DNA from: Chiloscyllium plagiosum
Taxonomy: Eukaryota
Length of the DNA: 60,138 bases
Assembly (NCBI RefSeq): GCF_004010195.1
Contig: NC_057719.1
Span: 61,914,987-61,975,124, forward strand
Direction of reading: 5' to 3'
Part shown: positions 1-10,471 of the stretch, one piece after another
How the letters are laid out: each line of letters begins with the position of its first letter
Position numbering within the stretch: the stretch's first letter is position 1
Made by a program: the position numbers and the translations under genes
The notes under the pieces: model-generated
What the model saw: only the letters and a program-made list of their open reading frames with translations
What the model was told of the DNA's origin: nothing
Databases searched by the model: none

Positions 1-222
1 AAATGGCTTTCATATTTCAGTATTAGAAAATTGCAGGTGCTGAGTTCCATGAAGAGATTCTACAAACGTATTTATTTATACTTATACTGTGATATCATTC
101 CAAAAATTTAGCTGTGATACAATATATTCATATCACTTAACAATGGGCTGAACCTTACCAGAAATTTGCTCGTAAGGAATTTCAGGTAGGCTTCATTGAA
201 AGTTTATTTCTGTAAGACTTAG

Positions 223-428
223 GGGAGAAAGTGAGGACTGCAGATGCTGGAGATCAGAGCTGAAAATGTGTTGCTGAAAAAGCGCAGCAGGTCAGGCAGC
301 ATCCAAGGAACAGGAGAATCGACGTTTCGGGCATAATTCCTGAAGATGGGCTTATGCCCGAAAAGTCGATTCTCCTGTTCCTTGGATGCTGCCTGACCTG
401 CTGGGCTTTCCCAGCAACACATTTTCAG
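223..428. mobile_element. Short Penelope-like fold-back element (family A terminal repeats, inverted) with 15-bp TSD
   Basis: Arms 260-336 and 352-428 are near-perfect reverse complements; TTCTGTAAGACTTAG is duplicated at 208-222 and 429-443; hammerhead-like core at 340-363. Confidence 0.85.
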
Positions 429-1125
429 TTCTGTAAGACTTAGTATGTTTTTCCACATTATCATCCCATAGTTTCCTCATTACCTATGCACTACACACTT
501 ATGGTTCCACATTTGACCTATTCACCTGTACGCCATAGGTGGGAATTCTTGCTGCTGTCAGAATATGGTGGCATCTCTGGCACAGCCACCATCTTTGAAA
601 CTCAGCCATATATCTGGGCAACATTAGCAGTCTGGAGCTTCCCTTCACTGTGCACATAGTGGGACAAAAACTAAAAAAATTCAACTTTCAGGGCATGTCA
701 GAACCATGGATAACACTTAATTGTTTGTAGAAATGCATGTTCACCCTTATTCAGCAACAGCAAAAGCGAATGATAAATGAACAAGCAGAACTCCTGTTTT
801 ACAAACTGTCAAATGAAGTTACACATGGTAGTGAGATGAAGGTACGGATAGTGACAGAGGTCTAGGTTACATGTGTCTTGAGTGAAAATTGCTTTTCTAG
901 GAGCTGATGTGGAAATTATGTCCTTATTCCTCTCATTGTTACAGACTCCTTGCTAACAAGGAACATTAATAAGTCACGGCAGTGAACTTAATAAAAGTCT
1001 CACCACTGGTAGTGGTGGTTAAACTTAAAGTAAATAGATGTTTGGCCATCAAACAGAAGCTTTTATTCTACACAGTCCAAGTTATGCAATTCTGTGTATT
1101 CAATCATATCAACACAAAGATAGAT

Positions 1126-1780
1126 GGATGCAGATAGGGGGTTATTGTGATTGGTCAGTGGGAAGGGTGGATGGATAGTTGAGAAGGAAGGTGGGCAGAT
1201 TAGGTCCGGTCAAAGAGGTGGGGAGGAGAGGGAAGGCTGGACATGGGATGAGGTTGTGAATCGGGATATATTGAAGCTGCTGAACTCTATGTAAAGGTCA
1301 TTCAGCTGTAAGCTCCCAAGGCAAACTATGAGGTATTGTTCCTCCAGTTTGTGTGTGGCCTTATTTTGCCAGTGGAGGAGGCCCAGGATGGAGATGTCAC
1401 CAAGGGAGTGAAAGGAGGCATTGAAATGGCTGGCAACCAGAAGGTGGTGTTGATTGGAACTTACAGAGCTCAGATGCTCTGTGAACTGGTCCCCAAGTCT
1501 GTGCTTTGACTGCAAGGAGAGGAGACTACATTGGGAGCAACGGATGCAGTAGACCAGGTTGGAAGAAGTGCAGGAAGACCTGCATCCACATATCACCATC
1601 CCACCTATCTTTCACCAGTGCTACCTCGCTCCCTCTATTCATTTCTCAGCTCTCTTCCTTGTCCCTATTCTGATGAAGGGACCCAACCCAAAACATCGAC
1701 TTTCCTGCTCCTCTGATGCTGCCTGACCTGCTGTGCCTTTCCAGCTCTGACTTTCAGCATCTGCAGTCCTTACTATCTCC
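1126..1780. mobile_element. Decayed Penelope-like element (family A-related), - strand 3' fragment plus inverted terminal repeat
   Basis: - strand remnant LGDQFTEHL...VASHFN...KLEEQYLIVCLGSLQ resembles a GIY-YIG C-terminus; + strand terminal repeat 1590-1780 has a degenerate CTGATGA core at 1670. Confidence 0.75.
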
Positions 1781-1957
1781 AACTCTTAATAATATTTTGG
1801 GTGAGTTTGGGTCTGGTTTTTGAGTTAGTAACCATAGAATTTTTGTATGCATCTGAAGTTAATAATGAACTTTTATGCATTTCTGCAATCATGCAATTTC
1901 TTTTAAAAACAATTTTTGAGGCCTGGCTGTAGAGTGAATGGTTTTGTGCAGAATAGG

Positions 1958-2172
1958 ACATTTAGTTCAGTTAGCTGGATCATTGGTTCACAGAGCAGTG
2001 TGATATTAACAATGTGGGTTCAATTCCCATTGCTGGTTTGAGGTTACCATGAAGGACTCTCCTTCTCAATCTCTTCCCTTGCCTGAGTTTTGGTGGCCCT
2101 CAGATTAAATCACCACCAGTTGTCTCTCTCTAATGAGAGAACAGCCCCTATAGTCAGGTAAGATATGGTGAC
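1958..2172 (+). mobile_element. tRNA-derived SINE, decayed
   Basis: A-box-like AGTTCAGTTAGCTGG and B-box GGTTCAATTCC, followed by a non-tRNA body. Confidence 0.55.
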
Positions 2173-3559
2173 ACAACAACTTCAGATTGTTTGAAACCCA
2201 GCATGGTAAATAATGGACCCTCAAAAATTTGTTCAACAGTTATGGAATCTTGGTTTCTTTTTTAAGCTTAAGGGAAATGTCCAAAACTGAGAGACGTTTA
2301 ATTTCACCTCAAAATTCCATTGTGTTTTAGTGTTACAAAAATCTGGGAACAGGATGGCTGTGTAGCACCCATCCTGTTCCCAGAGGAAACAGGCAAGAGA
2401 GCAATGTGCCTGAGAAGAAATGGAGACAGTTGAAAGACGAAAGTGGGCCGCACAGCTATTGCAGGTGGGAGAAAGGTGGTGAGGTATTCCCAGATAGCAA
2501 AGAGGCAGCACAGAGGACGTGCAGGTTGAGAGGTGTGGAAGGTTGAAGGGTTGACAGCAAGTGAGGTAAGATGTTAAAGGTAATAGTGTGAATGGCAGAG
2601 TATGAGCCTTGGTGGGAGGTGGGTGAAGTAGCAGATATAGAGTAGGTGTGAGGGAGCTTAGAGTGTCGTACTTAAACTGGCACACCTTTACATCACTCCC
2701 TAACCAGGACCTCCAGATCCATGTTTGGAGAATTATGCTGCCATCTTCCCTTTTTCCAGTTTGTTAACAACCTCAACCTCAAGTGAGCAGGGTAGCCTTG
2801 GAACGCCAGTGCTTGTCTAGGTGCATAGCAGATCTTTCAAGCTGGCCTGGCAGGAAGGGTGACAGTCTTTTCATAGATATCCACTGAGTGATAAGTTGTT
2901 CTGGGGATGTGTGCAGTAAGATGGGGTGAGAATTGGATGATGAGAAACCATAGGGACGGGATAGGCTGTAATGTGATGAGTTTGGTAATATTCTGTAAAT
3001 AAACACTCTCGGTCTTAAGACAGAAATCCCTCTGAAAAACTTGATGCAACTTAGACTTGGTCCAAAAAAGGGTAGGATTCAGCCCTTAGTTGTTTGATCA
3101 TCTCAAATATACACTTGGAGACCTCTCTGACATAGGACATCACAATTCCAATCCCTCAACAGAGGTAAATTTAAGGTTCTGAAACTGTGGAATTCAGCCA
3201 TGGTGATGCCAGACAGTGTCAGGGGGACTTGCTGATTTTCTCTCTTGATGGGAAATGGACCTTGCTCGTAAGATATGAGGTACCAATGTAGCCTTATATG
3301 GCAACAAACTACACTGATGCTGAAAGATTTTCAAGGCAGCCTAATAGAACTCCATCTGTATCATGTGTTACCTGGCAAATATATGCTGTGTACTGAACAG
3401 ACCATGATTATCTGGGCAATCGCCTCACAGATTTCACCTGTTGTCACCTTCCTCTTTGTTGGCATCTTTCTCTGAGCTCAAGGGGTCCTCCTCACATTCC
3501 TCAGCCTCGAGCACTTCCTCTGATGAATGATTTCCATTGTTGACCTCAGGTTCTGGATG

Positions 3560-3800
3560 GGAAGCCACTTTCCTCCACCACAAAATGTAGCATACAGCTG
3601 GCTACACAATCTCTGACAGCTTTGCTGATAAGTTCTGGAGTGTTCCTCCAGAGCAATCAAGGCATTGAAAATTAAGATCCAGTACTCTATTTGATGACTG
3701 CTCTTGTCTGAAAGTGACTGGTATTACATTGCTGTTCACAGTTGGCACAAGGGAAAAACTTCCACCCCTTTAATGAGTATCCTTTGTTCCCTCAGGGATT
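3560..3800 (-). mobile_element. PIF/Harbinger transposase (HARBI1-like) C-terminal remnant
   Basis: Hand translation across frameshifts gives GNKGYSLK...EQQCNTSHFQTRAVIK*STG...FQCLDCSGGTLQ...CMLH, matching the Harbinger pattern GDxGY...YNxxHxxTRxxIExxxG.LK.RFRCL...GGxLQY...CxxLHN. Confidence 0.7.
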
Positions 3801-4231
3801 TGGGTTGTAAGCTTGAAAATTTACAGCTGGTGTAATTCCATGGAAATGCAAGTGCTATGGCAACTTCAGAGGAAATCATGCAAGCACATGTAGGAATACC
3901 TTAGTAAGGTTGCACACAGCCTGCATAGAATAATGTTCTTTTCATGTAACACTGTGGTTTATGTGATGATATTGTGACGACATCACGGGTGCAAACCATA
4001 ACATCTTGAACTTATGGAAAGCAGCTATGGAGATGAATCTTTACTCCATGAGTCGTGGACTCTACATCTGTGAGGAAAGTAATGTATTCCACACCCCTAG
4101 CAAAAAATGCATCAGTGAATGTGCTTATGCATCATTGGGCAGCTGCTTGAGTAATGCTGCGGAACTCTGGTGCTGATCCTTGAAAGCAGCCAACCTCATA
4201 AAATTGAGGGCCATTATAATTTTGACTCCAA

Positions 4232-4635
4232 ATTTTTATTCGTTCATGGGATGTTGGCATTGCATACTGTGAGCAGTTATTGCCTGTCCCTAGTTGTCCC
4301 TGAGGTGGTGGTGAGCAACGTTTTCAAACCATTGTAATCCATTAGGTAGACCCAAAATGCTGTTAGGAAAGGAATTCCAGAATTTTGACTCAGCAACATT
4401 GAAGGAACAGCAATATATTTCTAAGTCAGGTTGGTGAGTGGCTTGAGGGGAACTTGCAGGTGGCAGTGTTCTCATGTATCTTGTTTCCCTTGTTCTTCTA
4501 TGGTAGTGGTCATGGGTTTAGAAGGTGCTTTCTAAGGAACCTTGACAAAATTATGCAGTGCATTGTGTAGAAGGTACTAACTGCTGATACTGACCATTCG
4601 TGGTGGAGGGACCATTCGTTTGTGGATGTGTTGTG
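4232..4635 (-). mobile_element. 3' fragment of a LINE (CR1/L2 group, clade unassigned)
   Basis: ORF remnant ..FWNSFPNSILGLP..GLQWF..AHHHL; similar sequence recurs at about 19478-20390, 34495-34865 and 52005-52150. Confidence 0.6.
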
Positions 4636-5231
4636 AATGGCAAAGCATGAACACTAAATGTTCGAGCCACGAGATTTGCCTCCAAAATGGTGCAGAAAAC
4701 TTAAACCATGTTTCTAGATGTCTGAAGTCTTCATGTTTGTAAGCTGCAACACACAAAGCAGTTGGTTTGAGTCATGTCAAGGAAACCTAGACCTTTTGCA
4801 CAGGATAATATCTCACCTTCTTCCTCTTTGATACTCTCTCTGGGGGCTCTGCCTTCTCAAACCCTGGAGATATGTTTATCCCAATTTTAACTAGAGAATT
4901 GTGTCAACATTCTGGCAATAATTATTCAACCTTCCTTGCTTGCTGTCAATCTGGCACTCACCATGACCATTTGCCTTTGTCAAATGAATTAAACTGGCCA
5001 CACAAACAAGCTGTTTTCAATATCTGTGAAGCTGTAAAGAACAGAATCGAGGGTTGTCTCATGCAGTTCAGTATGATTTACTACTGTTGACCATATGTTC
5101 TACTTATAAATTAGCTTGCTTGCTGACTGATCATGCAAGACAGGCCTCTTCAGCACAATGTTTTTAATGGTTTAATAATCAATCACTTGTTAGAATTAGT
5201 TTATTTAAAACAATAAAATGCATGGGGACAT

Positions 5232-5570
5232 GATGGCACCTTGCGGTATTGTCGCTAAACTATTAATCCAGAGATCCAGGTGATGTCTTGGGAACACAGG
5301 TTCCAATCACACTGTGACAAATGGTGGAATTTGAATTCAGTAAAAATGATCTGGAATTAAGAGTCAAATGATGACCATGAAACAATTGCCAATTGTCAGA
5401 AACACCTAACTGGTTCACTAATGTCCTTTACAGAAGGAAACTGTGGTCCTTACTTAGTCTAGCCTACATGTGATTCTCGACCCACAGCAAAGTGGTTGAC
5501 TCTTAACTGTTGTCTGAGAAATTAGGGATGGGCCATAAATGTTGGCCTATATCCCATGAAGGAATTTTTA
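5232..5570 (+). mobile_element. tRNA-derived SINE, second family
   Basis: A/B-box-like head, core CTGGTTCACTAATGTCCTTT, and a tail shared with the LINE fragment at 4232; reverse-oriented copies at about 21647-21990 and 46380-46530. Confidence 0.65.
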
Positions 5571-5624
5571 AACAATTACAAGTTAGGAAACAGACATTAT
5601 AGCAAACCACTAAACAAAAAAATC

Positions 5625-5813
5625 CCAAAGAACTACGGATGATGGAAATCAGAAACAAAAACAGTAATTGCTGGAAAAACTCAGCAGGTCTGGCAGTATC
5701 TGACTGAAAATGAGTTCTGAAGAAGAGTCAGCAGACACAAAATATTAACTTTGCCTTCTCTCCAGAGATGTTGCCAGACTTGCTGAATTTTTCCAACCAT
5801 TTCTGTTTTTGTT
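5625..5813. mobile_element. Penelope-like fold-back element (family D) with degenerate hammerhead core
   Basis: Inverted arms about 5654-5700 and 5767-5813; CTGAAGA-AGAGTC...GAC core at 5717-5745. Confidence 0.7.
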
Positions 5814-8293
5814 ACAGCAAACCAGCTGACTTGTGTATGTGAGCGGCTTACAGACACCAAGCAGACTAACTGTTGGCCAAGGTTGCAACATTGTACATGC
5901 ATAGTGTGACAGCTTTAAGAGGTTATTTTGTTTTGGTTTTTTAATAAAGAAAAATGTGCCAAGCAGTATGCTCCAAAGCCTATAAAATAAACAGTTTGTG
6001 AGGCCTTTTTAAAAAAATTTGGTACAATAGAAGCAGTCTGAATGGGTGGGGTCAAGCACCCATGGAACCAGGATATTTTTTGGTTTTAGCCTTCAGTGGC
6101 AATTGCGGAGGTCTTAAAGCTGAATTTGGAAGCTTTTATTCCTCTCTCAGTTACAGCTAAAAGTTGGGTTCTCTTCATGCTGCTAGAATTGCAAATGAGT
6201 CAATCTATTTTACTGACTTGACTTTGCTTTGCCAAGGGTGTGCTTATGGAATGTTACTATATTGGAATAATTAATAAGTACTTTTTTTAAGCATTTCAAT
6301 ACAATTACCGTTAAGCCAATTCTTTTATTTTGTTTTTATTTCTTCTGTATTTTAACTGTAGTGTAAAAATAAAATGCGTTATGCTTAAAGTCGATAGTTT
6401 GCCTAATCAAATTGTGTCGGGAACAGAAGACCTTACACTTACCTTTTAAAATAAGAAAAAGACAGGGCCTTGACGACCTTCTAAATATATGTTGAGGGGG
6501 TTTGGTCTGGTCCATAAAAACAACACAGATGGAGTCCTGAACGATGAAATTTCTTAAAGTTTAGTTACACATACAACAAAACATTGAGTTGAGGATGTCT
6601 TAGAGAGAAAATTGTTTCTTCCCAGCACTGTGTTTAAATCACACAGCCAATTCACAAATGAGCACTTCATGCCTGCCCTTTTTTCGCTAACCATGAAAAT
6701 GGTGTATGCCAGAAATGGTTACAGGATGACTGATTTTTTTTTTGCATTTGTTCATTTATTTATAACCTCCATGGATTCTTCCTGACTCAACAAAAGTTCA
6801 GCCCTTTAAAGTCATAAAATTATGGTGAGAAAAATTATGAGAATATAAAAGAATTATCCATAAGTCTGAACAATGTTCTAAGACATAACAAAGTAGATCT
6901 CAATGTTCACCATATTGGTATTAATCGAACAAGGAAGAATTGTCCATTGTTGTCCTTGCCTGATTCTTTCCACTGAAAACAATGCAGTGAAAATATACCC
7001 TAATTTTTTTAACACTGTATACCATCTAAATCCAACAATTGTAATTTCACAAATCACTTTATTTTACCATTGCACCTGATGTATAATACTGAGTGGTAGT
7101 TACAATTTCAGATACATTATTGCATGAATTTGCATTTGGTAAATAGATTAGTCATTTTACAGGAAATGATTGTATCTGCAGGGTTTGTTCATATTTGAGC
7201 TTGCTATAAAAATTCACTGAACAGGGTGGAGTAACAAACAAATTAAATGAAGTCATAACCGTCATAGAGTATATTATCAATTTACTGTTTAACTTCATCT
7301 TCTTTTCCTTTTCACTTTGATTGTATCCTGAACAATGGACTTGATCCTTAGCTTAAATTTCTCATGCAGATTATGGTCCATACTTGCCCCTAAAATCATT
7401 GTGATGTTAAACTCCAGCAATATAACCAATTCTTCTCATATGAGTAGTTGCACAGTGATCATTGTGTTTTTTAAAATTAATATAATATATTGTTAAAATA
7501 TGCACATTAAACCAACAATTAGCATTGGACTCACTGGTTGGAAACCATTATCATTTATATCATTTCCAATGTCATGAAATATTGTCTGAATATAAATAAT
7601 AAAATGATAGAGATTCATTGTTCATTTCATTATTAGACAGTGTTGTGAGACTTAGACAGACACATTTACAGCCCCAGCAGGTTAATGGGGTTTTATAAAA
7701 TACTTCGCATCTTCCGGAACAGAATTTTTTACCTACTAGAGAGGCATTAGTAGACCTACATGAAAAAAAGTAATCGACTGAGTTACAATAATAATGTTTT
7801 AGTCAATCCATAACATTAATCCACTCTTACTGAACCAGTAATTGGGCTAAAATTCTTAGCTAATCATTTAACATTCATTCCTTTAATGGATAATCAGCAA
7901 CAATGAATCAAGAACTGATTTATCACAGCATTATCAATAAAATTAATCTGCAGTTGAATAACTCAGCTTTACTTTTATGAATATTGGAAAAAGTGAAAGA
8001 ATCAGTCTCTTTTAAACTTATATCAAAATTCAAGAGCTTTTAAATGTTTGGTTCTTTATAAAGTAATTGCCCTTTGATACTTTGACAATATGCAACTTTT
8101 TACACCTTTTCTTGCCAGATTAGCCTACCACATCTCTCCCATCCTTCTTGTTCAGGCGTGAGAGATCACCTATCTTGTAGAAGGCATGAGAAGGTCAATC
8201 CAGTCCTCCCCCCAACTGACTGTGAAAACTTGCACTTGGGAGCCTATTTTGTTGAATGTTAATGGACAGTAACAATGTTTATTCAATTATGTT

Positions 8294-8375
8294 AAAATTT
8301 GTACAACACCAGGTTAGAGTTCAACAGGTTTATTTGGAAGTACAACCTTTCAGAGTGCTGTTCCATCATCAGGTA
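8294..8375 (-). mobile_element. Penelope-like terminal fragment (family C)
   Basis: Reverse complement resembles 53178-53264; degenerate CTGATGA...GAAA at 8372-8348. Confidence 0.7.
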
Positions 8376-9763
8376 GTTTCTGATGCAAGATCTTAGGACA
8401 CAGAATTTATAGTAAATGGATCCCTGATTTCAATTGTGTCACTATGGCATGAGACTGGCTGACAGGCATTAGCAAGAATGCAGGCAGCATGTCAGCAGGA
8501 ATACTGTCATCGTAAACTGTTTTCATTGTCCTTGATGCTTTTGCAATCTTAGTGTCCGACTGCAGCACAGACTACTGTACTGCTGTGAGATCCGACAAAC
8601 ACATTTGTATCTGGAGACATGATCTATAGATAGTATGGGTAAAGCACCCAGCTGAGCTTATATTACAACAAGCATTGTCACGACTCACTTTGGTAATTGG
8701 ATGGAAATCCAGCCCAGCTATTCACAGAAACATCAAAAAAATTAAATTTTAAAACAAGTTCACAAAATCTCTAAAAAACATAATTTTCAGACCAATGTTG
8801 ATAGAAAGCACAGACTTAAGAGGAAATCTATTTATTACAGATTATTAAATTCCAGCTACAAGTAAACAAATAAACTAAATTAAGGAAACTGAACAAATTG
8901 AAACTCTAAATCCATTATAAGTGCACACATTCAAACATGGAAAAAAACACATGGATAGAAGGAAAAGTGGGAAAGCAATTCCATGGTCTTTGTTCACAAA
9001 ATCTGTTGTGTTGATTCTTGCTGATTTGAAGGTTTCTTCTCAATGTTTCAATTGGTTTGCTGGAGGAACAGAATAGTTGTTTCACTTATGAAAAGTCCCC
9101 TGACATATTTAATTCAAAGTCAACCTGCAGAATTCTCTTTCAGGGACCTTTGTCATCGATCATTGCTTCCTGGTCCTCAAACCAATCAACTTCACTTGTA
9201 TATAATCGTTAGGGTCCAGTTCATCTGCAATTTGTTGCAACCCACAGACAAGGTTTATAATAGGTATCCAATTCCTTATTTTCAAAACATGCAGTTATCC
9301 TTGTAAACTTCTTGGTTTCAGTGTTTTTACATTTCAGTCCATAGTTTTGAAAAGCACAAAAATAAAAAGATATGATCCTTAGATGCCTCCACCGTAAGAA
9401 TATGAAAAGCCCTTTCAAAAATGCATTTTGTTTGCAAAACACAGGATATACAAACAATAAAACTAAAGATTTATCTATTCATTCTTCCTTCTCTATCGGC
9501 AACATCATACAATCTTAGCACTAAACATTTCACTTATTGCAACAATTTATATTTCAGACAATGCACCAATTATCCTTTTCAGGAATATTAATATTTCTTA
9601 CATCAAACAATCAAACTCCCATTTTTTAAAACATTCTTCATTGAAGCCAAGTGGATTCTGATCAGTGTAAATTAGTGTTTCCTTTTTTCCTGTTGGATAT
9701 ACACTTCAAAATATTGAAGAGCTAACAACCATCTGAAAGTCTCTATTTCCATATTGGAATGCT

Positions 9764-9971
9764 TTGTTACATATCACTCTGTTCCATTTCCTGTTTAATC
9801 ATAGGACGACCCCTTATGCCACGACAGGAATAACTCCAGCAGCGTTGCTAATTGGGAGAAGAATCTCCACCAAGTTAAATCTTATCTACCCAGACCTGGG
9901 GGAGTGGAGTAAGGGTAAAATGGCATCAGAAATGCCAATGTCAGACACCAGAATTGGCCAAACAAGAGATA
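9764..9971 (+). mobile_element. Ty3/Gypsy integrase C-terminal remnant, truncated by the gap
   Basis: FLFNHRTTPYATTGITPAALLIGRRISTKLNLIYP matches the Gypsy integrase motif YRTTPHSTTGxSPAELLxGRxLRTxL. Confidence 0.75.
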
Positions 9972-10471
9972 NNNNNNNNNNNNNNNNNNNNNNNNNNNNN
10001 NNNNNNNNNNNNNNNNNNNNNNNNNNNNNNNNNNNNNNNNNNNNNNNNNNNNNNNNNNNNNNNNNNNNNNNNNNNNNNNNNNNNNNNNNNNNNNNNNNNN
10101 NNNNNNNNNNNNNNNNNNNNNNNNNNNNNNNNNNNNNNNNNNNNNNNNNNNNNNNNNNNNNNNNNNNNNNNNNNNNNNNNNNNNNNNNNNNNNNNNNNNN
10201 NNNNNNNNNNNNNNNNNNNNNNNNNNNNNNNNNNNNNNNNNNNNNNNNNNNNNNNNNNNNNNNNNNNNNNNNNNNNNNNNNNNNNNNNNNNNNNNNNNNN
10301 NNNNNNNNNNNNNNNNNNNNNNNNNNNNNNNNNNNNNNNNNNNNNNNNNNNNNNNNNNNNNNNNNNNNNNNNNNNNNNNNNNNNNNNNNNNNNNNNNNNN
10401 NNNNNNNNNNNNNNNNNNNNNNNNNNNNNNNNNNNNNNNNNNNNNNNNNNNNNNNNNNNNNNNNNNNNNNN
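9972..10471. other. Assembly gap (500 N)
   Basis: Run of N. Confidence 1.

Noticed and set aside
5905..6520. Solo-LTR-like segments (also about 829-1071, 33040-34255 and 41037-41417)
   Set aside because: TG...CA-like ends and poly(A) signals are suggestive, but I found no TSD or second copy in the window to support a call.
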